Shown in pieces: positions 50,881 to 64,000 of a DNA stretch of 64,000 bases (positions are counted from its first letter, which is position 1; each line of letters begins with the position of its first letter). A program made the translations under genes and the position numbers. Under the pieces are notes generated by a model. It was not told the origin of the DNA. It made no database searches and saw nothing but the letters and a program-made list of their open reading frames with translations. The DNA comes from Octopus sinensis (Eukaryota), in NCBI RefSeq assembly GCF_006345805.1, contig NC_043000.1, positions 51,522,001-51,586,000 of the forward strand, in the 5' to 3' direction.

Positions 50881-51005
50881 ATTAGCCTGCTCGCTTAGCC
50901 AGCGGGGTGTCGTCATTTGAAGGCTAAAAAACAATGCAAACGCATTGTGACCAGAGATATGTTGCAACATCTGATAGCCTGGTCGGTCACGGTGATCACG
51001 GTGAT
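50881..51005 (+). mobile_element. GC-rich, highly self-complementary 125-nt repeat fragment within a (TA)n tract
   Basis: Four hairpin/stem elements (see findings); flanked by TA repeats on both sides. Confidence 0.5.
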
Positions 51006-52384
51006 ATATATATATAGTATTTAATATTCCTCTGATATTTTATTATTTGAATTGGGGTAACTGATTAGGATATCTGAACTTGACATAAGGAATTGTTTAA
51101 CTTCATTTTATCTCTGCTTTATTCCTTTCACCAACCCCATCCACCCTTGTGCATATGCACAAGACAAAATCTCATCTCCTACTCAGAAAGGGATCAGTCT
51201 GATTCACACACACGCATATTATCCATTTTCCTCTCCAAGTAGCAGTTTATTAGTCAGTCTCGATTTTACAACATTATTATGCTTTCCTTGTTTCAAGACC
51301 ATCAAGAACTAACATCTTCTGCTATAGGGAAATCGACAATCTAGGTTGTGAAATGATCTATAAAGTAAGAAAGACATCGATCTGAAGGCCAGGAGGTGGA
51401 GTACCATTGTCTTCAGTTTCATCCACCCCACTTCCAGAAACTCTTGCAGTATGACCAATGCCAAACTTCTTCATCCTTTGGATTCATCTGCAGTGTGAAG
51501 AGTAGGTACCAGCTATATGCTAATAGGTAGTTGTTTTGGAATAATTGTATTTATGTGTAAACCATAGAAAGAGATACCAAGACTTTGCCTCATTGATTTT
51601 TCATAGTATCTTTGAACTAGTGGGCTATGGAAGGAGACAAACATGGCTTTGAACTGCCATGATGCAGACAGCCAATGTCTTTTACAATCAGGAATTATCT
51701 ACAGATACCATATATATATTTTAGTATGTATTTTAGTATTGAATACACAAACCTATGTTGCTCATAGATTTTCAATTCTCTTATCTACTATATTATGTCA
51801 ATTAGAACTTTGGTGCTGGAACCTTGTGTATGATAAGTGTTTGTGAATTCAGTCTCAGTTGCAACACATGTTCATATACAATGTATTGATTATAAACATA
51901 TTGTGGAAACTAAAACTATTAAAAACAATATATTCCTGAAAAGATTTAGTTGACAACACAAAAATATTCTTCCATTCAATAACTTACTTAGAAAAATGTC
52001 AGTTTATAAATTACTCATTTTGTCAAAACAGTCTAGAAGAGAAAATGACAAACTAACATACAAAGCAAAGAGGGAGACAAAAAGAGAAATGATAAGAAAA
52101 TATTGATACAATCTATACTGAAACATCATAATCTCGCTTTTGTTCATAGCTATGATGCATTGATAACAGGTAGAGAAGCTTAGTTGAATTTTGCTGGAAA
52201 ATTTATGTAATTCCGCAAGCATTATCATTATTAGATTTTGCTGTTTTCATGTTTTCAGTTTTATAAAAATAAATATACTGAGTTTTTGTGAAGGTTCAAT
52301 TTGTGTGTATGTGTGTGTGTGTGTTTGGGGTGTATAGGCTATTCAGTACACAGTGCCTGATTGATTAGTAATTCTGTTTTTGTC

Positions 52385-52620
52385 AGAAGGATGAAAGATA
52401 AAATTGAATTTGCTGGGATTTGAACTCAGACTCCAGGTTATCCCTGATCGAACAGATCTATGATCAAAGATATTCCACTCTTCACTATGATTCTTACTCG
52501 TATATAATGAACTTATAATCAAATTACACAAGGTGTCTTTTTCTTGACTGTGAGAAATGATTTGAGAGAGATCTGGCTGCTATTTCTAGTAGTTCAAGTG
52601 AAAGGTACTATAGAGACCCC
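52385..52620. mobile_element. SINE E fragment (-) fused to repeat family F (+)
   Basis: ggatgaaaga.aaa.ttgaa.ttgctgggatttgaactcaga, then ccctgatcgaacagatctatgatcaaag...gatttgagagagatctggctgctatttctag. Confidence 0.5.
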
Positions 52621-54261
52621 TGATTCCTTTGCTAGCTTTTTGGTACATAAGTTAGAAGTGTGTAACAGCTTATTAAAGTACTGTACAAAGATAATAAAAA
52701 GTTTCTTTCTTATTTTTTTTCTTAATTATCTAAGGAAAGCAATACACCATCGCTTTTTTCTTCTTCAGTGTATTTAGACGCAAACTTGATGCCAAAAAAG
52801 TAAGAATTCATTTGTAGATGCTTAATGCTATTTAAATTAGCTTATTAGTGCCATGTTTAGCTAATTTCATACTTTTAATTACACATAAGGAGATGATCAT
52901 AGCATCTGAGTTGTTGATTTTTACCATCAATTGCTTCACTCCTGGAGATTCTAACCAAAACGAAGTAAAACATTTTCTTCTTTCCACTTTCATACTGGAA
53001 GGAATTGAATATGTTTTAATCATCTTGCTGTACTGTGTTTGCATATAGTTTATGCATTCTATCTGAAGTTATAAATTTACAGTTATAAACTACAGTTATG
53101 AATTTAATCTGTTGGCTTTAAATTTATATATATATATATATATCATATTTAAAAATTAAATATTCAAATCAGAATGCTCTTACACTTCCTGCAAATTCAG
53201 CTAAAAGAAAACATTACTTTATTTATTCAAATAAAAGAAAATCAATAGAAGTTTCATACTTAAGTAAAAATAAAAAGAAAATCGTATTCTTCATCATCCC
53301 CATCATCATCATTATCATCATCATCATCATCATCACCACCACAACCACTATCATCAAGTATGTTTTTTTTTTTTAAGTTACGTTAAAATATGTTTTTTCC
53401 TCATAGGGAGATAAATATCTTTGTTGTTTTCAAACATATTCTGTTTCATTTTCGAAAATCTGTTTTTAAATATTCAGTTTTGTTTCAATTGTGATTCTTT
53501 ATATCTGTTTTTCTTTAATGTCAAAAATTTTTCAAAATTAAATGTCTACAACTTTTAAAAACTTGTTTTATTTCTTTATTTTTATTTTTTTATTTTTTGC
53601 TCATTTTATTAATTTAATTCCATTTCATGATTATCTCTTGCTGATTGAAATTCACAATAGATGAGTTTTAGTGCAGTTGAACAAACAACAATGATATCTA
53701 GAATTTTTTAAAATCATAGATAGCTTTCAAATAGAAAACACAAGTAATACTAATAATATTAATGATGATGGTGATAATGTATTTTGAATAAGCTCTTTGT
53801 TTTGGTAACATGATATTTTTTCCATGCTAATACAGATTGGTTAGTTTTTCAATACTGACAACCAAAAATTTGCTTTGATATTGCTCGGCAGTTGGTCAGG
53901 AAAACATATTCTTCTGTTCTTTGTAACAATTATTTTTGCATTGTTTTGAATTCAGAAAATATTATGAATATTGTTTGTATTTTGCGCCCAAACGAAATTT
54001 TTTTCTGTTTTGTATTTTTTCTTCATTTATTTGCAGATGCTCAAAACAAATTGTTTTGACTAATACAAATACACATTTTGCCTGTCACTGACATATTTTT
54101 TTAAAAAATTCTTTTCTACATACACCCTTTGTTTTTGTTTGTTTTTTCTTCCCTATTTCATATATTTCTTTCGTTTATTTGTTTCTTCTTTTTTGATCAA
54201 TTTAAAATCATTGATTTGTTTGTGAAGAGTAAATTTTGTTTGTGTGTATATGCCTCTGTGT

Positions 54262-54293
<32 letters not shown>

Positions 54294-55462
54294 ATGCATG
54301 TGCACACACACACATTTTTTTTAATCATATGTTCGTTCTCATGTTCTTTATGATTATCTAGTTACAATCCCATCATGAAAGTATGAAGGTTAGCAATCTT
54401 TGTTTCAAACCCACAGGTTTTACATTCAATTATCATGTCATCTAGGTGTTTTTTGTTTTGTTTTGAACATATTTTTACATTTTGTCATATATTTACATCT
54501 GTTGCATACACAAACATGTGCACATGCACAAACGCATTCATTATGATGGTAAAACCTACTTGGTATCACTATAAAGAATTTCCTGTAATCCAACAATATT
54601 ATTGTAGGAATTAGAATTTATTGCTCTAAACATTTTAATCATTTTTCCAAAAGTAGTGACAAACAGATTTCAATAGAATTAAGATTAAAAATATTATTAT
54701 ACTCATTATAAATATCATTTTGATTCTTATTAATAGTATGTCAAATATGTCACTAGGTATATGTATATGTGATATGTGTATGACTGGGTATATATACAAA
54801 TTTACGATGTTTATTATTTGAAGAATACATTCAAATAATTTATGATGCATATCATGAATTGTCCCCACCCCTATCAAGTAGTCTTATCAAGTTTATTTGG
54901 TGCTTACTGATGTTTATGTACTTGTGTGTGTGTGAGAGAGAGAGAGAGAATTTATCAACTTTTAAGAGAACATGAATTTCGGATCTTAAAGCAGATAAGA
55001 TTTAGATAATAGCATGTAAGTATTAGCTTTAAAAATCTCTTGGACAGAAAATGTCATGCTTATAGAAAATGAGGGATTGTGTCCCACTGTCAGCTTTCAA
55101 CTTTCTCAATACATAGTGATTTTAACCCATTATTTATAAACATTAGCTTATCTAGAATGCAAATACGTGTGTATATGTGCATGTGTGTGAAACAGAGAAT
55201 GTAAGAGTATACAAGTATAAATGGAAATACCTGGAGGTAGAAGCATTCACTTTTAGCACAGATTTAGTAATATATATATTACATATACTTATTCCTTCAT
55301 TGTAACCTGCATATGTGTATATCTATATTATACAAAGTATTGCTTGGAGACACTGCTGAAACACGTGTCTACACAATGCTCAGAATCCATACATAACCAA
55401 CCTCTTTATTTCCCACAAATTCTTAAACCACTTTCCATTTCTATGATGATTTCCGCCAACAG

Positions 55463-55528
55463 GTATGAAAAATTCAAATGCAGAGTCAGTCATTGAAAAA
55501 ACTAAAATGCGTGATGTAAACGCTGCAG
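55463..55528 (+). CDS. Candidate 66-nt phase-1/phase-1 exon of an unidentified gene (G-MKNSNAESVIEKTKMRDVNAA)
   Basis: Acceptor tttccgccaacAG|G, donor CAG|GTAAAT, open frame, length divisible by 3, unique sequence. No homology recognised. Confidence 0.3.
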
Positions 55529-55939
55529 GTAAATATGCTTTGTTCCAGGTGCACGCCAAGCAGTCACAGCACCAGTTAACTAGTGCTCTGTTACTGCCCA
55601 TGTTTAATTTATTTATTCATTTGTTTTTTTTTTTAATTTTTATTTTGATTATTATTTATTTTTGTCTGTGTATATATATCTACCTACCTCCCCTATTATC
55701 ACTTGGTTGTAGCCTGCTACTGCTGTCCAGATATTATTATTTATTATTATTATCATTATTATTGTTATTATTTTTCATTTAGTGTGTCAAAGAGTTTTTC
55801 TTTCTTTTCTTTTAGTCAGGTTTTATTATAATGAATGTACTTTGTTAATTTGTTTTTATTTTACTGCTTTAGTTTGAACACTGTATGATGTAGTCATGTC
55901 TATTTTATTTATTTTTTTGTGGAATATGATTTCTACTGG

Positions 55940-56550
55940 AATTATATATATATATATGTATATATATATATACACACACACACTCATGCACTCATACATA
56001 TATATCCACACAAATACATATATATACATACACACACATATATACACATATATACATGCATGTATATATATATATATACATACGTATATAGATATACACA
56101 CATATGTATATACATACATGTGCGTGTGTGTATGCATGTATGTATGAATGTGTGTATGTACATGTGTGCATTTGTATGTGTGTGTGAGTGTGTATGTGTG
56201 TGTATATATATATATATATACACATGTATATACACACATATATACAGACTTATATACGTGTGTGTCTGTTCAAATATGCATATATATGTTGTGTATGTAT
56301 TGTGTATGTAAAAAATATATATGTGTGTGTGCATATATATATATATATGTGTGTGTGTGTGTATGTGTGTGTGTATTTATATGTATTTATACATATATAT
56401 ATGTTTATATATATATATGTTTATATGTATATATATATGTGTGTGTGTATATATATACACAGACACAGACACGCGCTCACACACACACACACACACATAT
56501 ATGTATGTATATATATATATATGTATATATATTTATATATATATATACAC
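55940..56550. repeat. Long (TA)/(CA)/(TG) compound microsatellite
   Basis: Direct reading. Confidence 0.95.
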
Positions 56551-58535
56551 ATGTACTGTTATGATCCTTATTGTCAATGTTTGTTGAAAGACAAGTATTT
56601 TATTGAACTGTCTGTGCTTGGAATTTTGTCTCTGGAACACAGCATATAAGTAAATTAAATATATGTGTATACATAGATACATGTATGTGTGTATGTTTTG
56701 TTCTTTTCTTTTAGACACTAAATGCAAAAAACTTATGACAAAATATTAATACTTCTTCATTAAAGGTTTTAATAATTGCTGTTTTTTGTAGTGGAATCCT
56801 CATTAGTGAATAAGGTTCCATATACACTAATATACACATACATACACACACACACACACACACATACATGCATGCATACATACATACATACATACATACA
56901 TACATAAATACATACATACATACATACAGGGAAATGAATTTTTCCAGAATTAATCTTAAATAATAAAGAAGTAAAATTATTCTACGCCAAATTTTACCCT
57001 AAATTTCTGAAAATTTGGGTCTTTTATTCATAAATTAAATCAAAATTTAAATAAAATACCTTTAAAATGTTATGCAGAAACCTAACCATATCTGTTGAGC
57101 ACTCCTCTCATTTAAGTATCAGACATATGCTATGATTAAAAATGTATTGAACAAGTGTAAACTAGTTCAAATATATATTTAATATCTATCATATTTAAAT
57201 TCCTTAGTTGATGAAAGAAAGAATTTTAAGTTTTTAATGAGCCATCAGCTACATCTCATGTTCATTCCAAGGAGCCATTCTCAAAAATCCATCTTAGTCC
57301 CATCCATACACTCGTGGTGATGTTTCTTTATTGTATCATTGCCTCTATTAATTGACATGAAGTAATTTTTGAAGTACTTTATATGTGTTACAGTCTAGTT
57401 GTATATTCCTCATTATTGGGTTACTTCAGATTTGTGGCAGAGTGGCAGTATGGTTTATTTACTTTTAACATAACACTGATACAGAACAGTGATTTTCAGC
57501 TTTCAAAGTATATTATTTAAAAAAAATAAATAAATTTTAAAATAAGACTGAAAATATTTCATACTGAATTGAAAGAAGAATTTTTTTATTTTTACATTTT
57601 AAAAAGTTTTATTATTTTTTAAATGTATTTGCTGTTATTACAAACTAATGCCAAAAACTGATGAAAGACATTTGAGTATGATTGAAGTCAAATCTCACTA
57701 CAAGAGCAATTTGTATTAATCTCTTGTTGAAGGGACATATCTCTGATTGATTCAGTTTGCCTAACTTATATAAAGGAAGTTGCACTCCTTATTTCACAGT
57801 TAAGTGTTTAGTTGTAAAAACCAAGCATCCATCTGTAAAAAGATTTGCTCCTACAAATACACCCTCCTAGACATTCAAGTATGGATCTGAAACAGCAAAA
57901 GGTAACAAGAACAAAATAAGAAAAAGATGAATAGTTAAAACTGAATTATTTCAATTAAAACACGTTTAAATTAATGTTCAAAATTCTTAGCAGAAAAGCA
58001 CCAATTTATCTCTGCGTAAATTAACCTAGAAATTAGAAGTAAAATTATAAGGTATTTTAATTCATATAACGAAGAAAAAATCTCATTTCATCTTCCTTTA
58101 CATTCTTCTTCTTCTTCTTCTTATTATTATTATTATTATTCTTGTCATCTTCCTCCTTATCATCATCATCATCATCATCCTTATCATCTTCATCATCATT
58201 ATTATCATCATCATCATTGTCCCATCTCTTCTGTTAAGGAATATTAGATTATATTTCTTTCCCCCAGTTAAATACTTATTTACATCTAATATGATGTGAC
58301 AACTCTTTCAGGAAGGAGAGAAACTAGTAATTAACAAAAATTACCTTCTCTGTTATTGTATACCTGCCTTGACTTAAAAATAAAATAAAATAAAATAAAA
58401 ACAAAAGGAAAGGCACATTCAAAACCAAAGAAATTATCTAAAATGTTCTTCTGGAAGAATATTTAAAGACATCTTCAACTGGACAGAAAATTAAAAAAAC
58501 TATCACATATTTCACCATCACTTATTTCTTTTATT

Positions 58536-59835
58536 GGTTAATGTTTATAATATTACCCAGAAACAAAATCAAACAAAAAAAAATAATGATGCAAAGGGTG
58601 TAAAAAAAAAATATTTAGGAAATGAATATGAAAACAAAAATGCATGGAAATCAAAGGGGCAGGGGGACTTAAGAAATTCACAAGATCCAAGTTTTTCCTT
58701 CATAACTTTTAAGAAAATGGGTTTTTTTAATGAAATTTTATATAAACACCTTTCGAATGGCATAGATTACGATTATAAAGAAATTTGTGGATAAAATATT
58801 TTTTTGAGGGGATGGGGAGAAGACTTCAGAAAATTCACAAGATCCAATTTTTTTCCCTCGTAACTTTAAGGAATATGGATATCTTTTAATGAAATTGTAT
58901 ATATATATATATATCTTTCAAACAGCATGCATTATAGATGCCTAATGTACCACAAACCCCTTATTTTTGTTTAGAAAAAGTGGGGGGAAGGAATTATTGG
59001 CTGTTTTTGTTTTTTCGATAAATGATTTACTGCGACCTAATATACTACAATCTGCAATCTGGGATTAATATATCCAGTGATTTTTGAGAGGTATGTAAAA
59101 GATATTTTGTTTTAATATTATACTCTGACTTGATTCACACACTCACAAACACTAATATGGTTTTTGTAAGGATTTTGTATCACTCTTTCTCTCTCCTGTC
59201 CAGACTTTATTGCCACTAATTTTTATAAATTTGGCATTTTCACTTATTATTCTTTCCGAACTTGTTTGAATTTTCAATCTAATGTAATCCACACTCTAGA
59301 AAACGTAGTTCAGCAAAATATGATCTTACTGTATGGGTAAAAAAAAGGGGCTAATGCAGTTTCACATCTCACCTTCAAAAATTCATTTTTTGGGGGTTCC
59401 CCCACCCTTTTTTTTTCTGTACAAAAATAAGGGGTTTATGGCACATTAGGCATCCATAATGCATGTCATTTGAAAGGTATTTATATACAATTTCATTTTC
59501 CTCAAAGTTATGGGTGAAAACCTCAGATCTTGTGAATTTTCCGAAATCCTCTCCCCACCCCTTCGGAAAAGATTTTACCCACAAATTTCTTTACTACCGT
59601 AATGTATACTGTTTGAAAGGTATTTATATAATATTTCATTAAAAAAATCCATTTTCCTAAAAGTTATAAGGGAAAAACTCAGATCTTGTGAATTTCCCAA
59701 AGTCTTGTCCCCACCACCAAAGTCTTGTCCCCATTGCTTTCCACACATTTTTGTTTTCATTTTCGTTTCCTACACTCTTTTTTACACCCGCTTTTTTTTG
59801 TTTTCCGTTTCTGGGTAATATTGTAAGCATTAACC
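58536..59835. mobile_element. Non-autonomous foldback-type DNA element with about 450-bp TIRs built from about 157-bp subrepeats
   Basis: 58536-58988 is the diverged reverse complement of 59398-59835. Termini GGTTAATG...CATTAACC. Flanks CTTTTATT / TTTTTATT give a possible 8-bp TSD. Confidence 0.85.
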
Positions 59836-61922
59836 TTTTTATTTGTTTTTCCTGGAATTCTAAGAAATGTAAGAGAAACAAACTGATAAGTACATGTCTA
59901 AAGATTAAATTCAAAGGTTAAATATTAATACAAATAAAACAGAGGAAATTAGAAAGTACATTCATTCAAAGATATATTCTAACATTTGTCATAGTTGAAA
60001 CAGTATTCAGTATTTAGGAATCTGGATTCATATGGTAAAGACAATAAAAATACTGTACTCATTTAACACACATACACACACACACACGTGCACACACTCT
60101 TCCACAATATACAGTTATCACATATAATCACATTAATCTGAATATTTTGTATATTCATTTTCTGTTGTATTCACTTTTGTTTTCTTTGGTTTATTTATTA
60201 TTATTTTTTTTTAAAGTTTCACTCTGTCTTTCTCAATGAAATCTATTTTGAAACACTGATCATCTAGAAATGATGATGCTTTTGTTATGGCTCTTGTTCC
60301 TTGAGATCCAATTTTTGTCAATCAGTCTTGCACGCTCCAATCTTGAAGAAGTGATCTCTCAGCATTACTTCACTATTTTCAACATCACTTTTGAATTGTC
60401 AAACATTTTCTTTCTTCATTTCTTCTCACTCATCATCATTGTTGCTGTTGTAATTTTTGTGTGTTTTTGTACTCTTTCTTGTTACTGTTTTTTTTCTTTT
60501 GATTTTATTTTTCTTCTATTTACTGAATGGTGTTTGGTTGTTGTTTTACTTTAAGAAATTGTTGCCATCAAACATTATTTTATTATAATACTATTATGAT
60601 TTGTAATTTCCCAACATTTGTATTATCATTATCATTTCAACTCCCAGTCATATTGTCACTGAATTTATTTGATATTCATTCATTTTTATCACATCATTAG
60701 AATCCATGTTTATTTATCAACGACAAATTCATTGGTGATAAATAATATAGATAATTGGAAAACTACTACTAAAACATCATGATAAATGATACAGCCAGCA
60801 CAGGTGAACCAATGTGAGGCTGTGCTACACCAAGTTGATTATTTCAGCTGGTTAGAAATTTAGAAACCTAATTGATTACTGTCAATGGGGTTCAAGTAAT
60901 TCAAATCTCAGCAACCAAACTAATTTAACTCATAAAACTTTGCACCTTTATACTTTGTAAAAGTATTTGTACATAATTATATGTTTATGGTTCTAGTTTC
61001 ACAGACACTCAACTAGAATGTTAATTAGTCCCTGTTAGGTCTATTAAAAATATAAGATCAGAAATACATACATACCTGATTGCATAAAAGTCTGTAGAGT
61101 TTCAAGAGTCTCAATTAGTGATACAAGCCAAATTGTAAATGATTAACTTTTGAATCCGCTTGCCAATATTGGTTCTTATTAAATTAATATGTTTGTTCCT
61201 TGTGTGCTTTTCATTATTTCTTATTTTGACATAAAGATTTATGCAAGCAAAATTAAGTAATCAAATGAGTTTCAATACTGCTAATGAATTATTGGGTTTA
61301 TCGGGCTGATAATTCAAAAATGTATTTTGTATGCACTGTATATGTTTTTAATTAGAAAGTTCAATTTTAATTCTCTGATCACTCGTTTGGCTGACTGGTG
61401 TAAAAGACATTCCACTTCCTACTTCCAAGTTAATGGTTAACAACAAGAAAGGTATATATACCTGTAAAATTAATTGTTCCAATGAAAAAAAACCATCCTA
61501 CTTATACAGGTTTGAAAGATTAAAGTAAAATAACAACATATATTCTTATATATAACCTTTTCCATGTTATAGACTGGTTTAAAATTTTCTTGTGAATTGT
61601 ATGTGTCTGTTTATGAATTTTCATTGGGTCTGCTACTTTGTTATTAATTGCTCTTTATGTCATCCTCAGAAATCTTATTCTATTAGAAATTGTTTGGTTT
61701 TTCAAGCATTTATTCAGCACACCTCTCTTAACTAGTTTGGTTATGTGACAGGGTTTGGCCTCAAGGTTGTGATACAACATTTTTTTCAATTTCAGAAAGA
61801 TGAATAGCTAGGCTGATCCACTCAAAATTTGAAAGTGGAAACCTAGCATAAATTTGGACATTTAAAAAAAAAAAATTAACACCAGTAAACCAAAGACACA
61901 CACATGTATTCTTGTATAAGAA

Positions 61923-61957
<35 letters not shown>

Positions 61958-63299
61958 GTAGAATAATTCAAAATAGGTCATCTTAGGAAGATAGAAACTG
62001 TTTGGAAGTTTGTTTTATTTGAAAGGTGTAACCTTATCATACAGTCTCCTCCTGAGTTTGCCTGCAGACTGTGAGTGTAAGTGTCTATAGAAAACCCAGG
62101 AACTAACACTATAAGTCAGTGTATCGAATAAGTTACCATTGAAATAAAAGAAATAGACAATACTTTTATTCAGTGTGGTTTATTTTCATACCAATTTATA
62201 TTCTTCATGCACTGACTATCCTTCATGTTCAGAAATGTTCCCTTTAGCTGTCTTATCTCACTGTAATGGCTATACTCAATAGAATCATGTCTCCACACTG
62301 TAAAAGTGCTCCTATGACATTTTCCCCTGTTACCCCCCCCCCCCCCCCCCCCACACACACACATTTTTCTCTCCTTCTCCTTCTTACTGACACATGCACA
62401 CAAGCACATGTGAACACACTTGTATGCACAAGTATAACAATAGTATTTCATAGAAATCTAGGTTTCACTGTGTTTCATGACAAAGGAGATCTAATGAAAT
62501 TCTAAACTAGAAAATAAATGAATAAATATATCAGAAATAATGTATTAAAGAAAATATGCTACAGTATAACAGCACTGCATTTTTTTTCCTGTTTTCTTTT
62601 ACTTCTACTACTTTTTTTTTAACCATTTATGAAAATTTTCTTTCTTTTTTTTTTGCATAACTCATATTTCAATCTGCTTTGCAAAAGCTGTTTTACCAAA
62701 GTAAAAATACACACACACACACACACACTCACACACACATACTCAAGCAATTGGGGAATTGATTTATAGAGTACAGAAAGGCAGCATAGTCCGCTTAGTT
62801 ATTGAATTTGTTTCATGCTAAATAGTTGAAGCCATAAAATTTGGTTGTTCTTCCCTTCTTTATAATTCTATAGCAACCATTGACATATTTTCCCCTGGAC
62901 TCTGAAAATCCTGAATTGTTTTTGCATTTTCTCTTTTGATATTTTCTATTTATAAGTTTTGTTTTTAATATTCTTAAACAGTCCCTTATTTCCCTTAAAA
63001 GAGATCTATGACTACATGCTGTGAGATATAGCCTGTAATCCAAATTTTAATTCCTACAAAGGCAATCTTTTCTTAGATTCCTATGCACATTTTATTCTTG
63101 CATTTTTTCATTTTTATGTTCTTTTTTTTTTCTTTTGTTCTTTTCTCCCCATTCTTTCCCCTGAAATAATTTCAGGCCAATAATTGAATTTTCTTCAACT
63201 TTTAATACATAGCATTAATTTTAGCAGAGAATTTTCAATAGAGTTCTTTGGAATTTGAAAACAAGGATTAAAATTTTGCAGATGAAATAAAATCCAAAA

Positions 63300-63318
63300 G
63301 ATAATAATAGTAATAATG

Positions 63319-63360
<42 letters not shown>

Positions 63361-63362
63361 TT
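63300..63362. repeat. (AAT)n microsatellite
   Basis: Direct reading. Confidence 0.95.
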
Positions 63363-63654
63363 ATATGCTCACAGGCATTAATGTGTGTTTAAGAAGCTCA
63401 CTTCACAACATCATAGTTTCAGGTTCATTCCTACTGTTCAGAACCTAGTGTGTGTGTGAGTGTGTAGGATTGTGTGAGAGATGGAGAGAATTGGTGTATT
63501 TTTGAGAGGATATCACTGAAAACCTATGTATGTATTTTGTAGCTAAATGGACAGGGCAGAAATTCAGTTAGAACAATGTTTGTGATTTAACTGCTGGAAA
63601 TGAATTAAATTGTTGTTTTTATGCATCATTCATGCTATTAAATTGTAAGCATGC

Positions 63655-63780
63655 AGCATTCTCAAGCACACTGGCCACTGCATGACACCCTGGAGCAAGT
63701 GTCATTTATTATAACTGTGAACTGACTAATCCTTTGTAAGTGGTATTAGCAAATGGTATCTGTATGGAATGACATCATTC
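63655..63780 (+). mobile_element. SINE family B-like head, diverged
   Basis: ccactgcatgacaccctggagcaagtgtc.tt..ttata..gtga.ctgactaatcctttgtaagtgg. Confidence 0.55.
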
Positions 63781-63837
63781 ATATCATCATCATTATCATT
63801 TAATGTCCACTTGTCTTTGATTGCATAAGTTAGACAT

Positions 63838-64000
63838 TAGGTGGTGAGCTGGCAGAACCGTTAGCATACCGGGCGAAGTGCGTAGCTGTATTTCGTCTGC
63901 TGTTACGTTCTGAGTTCAAATTCCACCGAGGTCGACTTTGCCTTTCATCCTTTTGGGGTCGATAAATTAAGTACCAGTTATGCACTGGGGTCGATGTAAT
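63838..64000 (+). mobile_element. SINE family E, running off the window end, low divergence
   Basis: ggtggtgagctggcagaaccgttagc...cgttctgagttcaaattccaccgaggtcgactttgcctttcatcc; CpGs retained. Confidence 0.9.

Noticed and set aside
62334-62352. Long poly-C run (possible G-quadruplex on the - strand)
   Set aside because: Isolated homopolymer of uncertain length; nothing else supports a function.

Overview
Very AT-rich, repeat-saturated eukaryotic DNA (intronic/intergenic). The SINE repertoire and microsatellite load look like an octopus (coleoid cephalopod) genome; this is inferred from recognising the repeats, not from a search. No host protein-coding gene can be named. Almost all ORFs in the supplied track are translations of (TA)n/(CA)n/(AAT)n microsatellites. 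The window holds about 30 copies or fragments of several tRNA-derived SINE families (my labels B, C, E, plus modular heads X/Y and tails P/V). It also holds non-LTR retrotransposon fragments (R4/Dong-type, CR1/L2-group, RTE-type), a complete non-autonomous Helitron, a piggyBac-type MITE and a 1.3-kb foldback element. The most notable hidden signal is three type I hammerhead-ribozyme motifs (218-253 +, 5473-5532 +, 20133-20167 -). Two of them are related and show a compensatory stem-I change; the third is nested inside an inverted-repeat element. A CpG-undepleted stretch at about 47.5-51 kb may be a promoter region. All coordinates were indexed by hand; boundaries of degenerate repeats are approximate (+/-10-20 nt).
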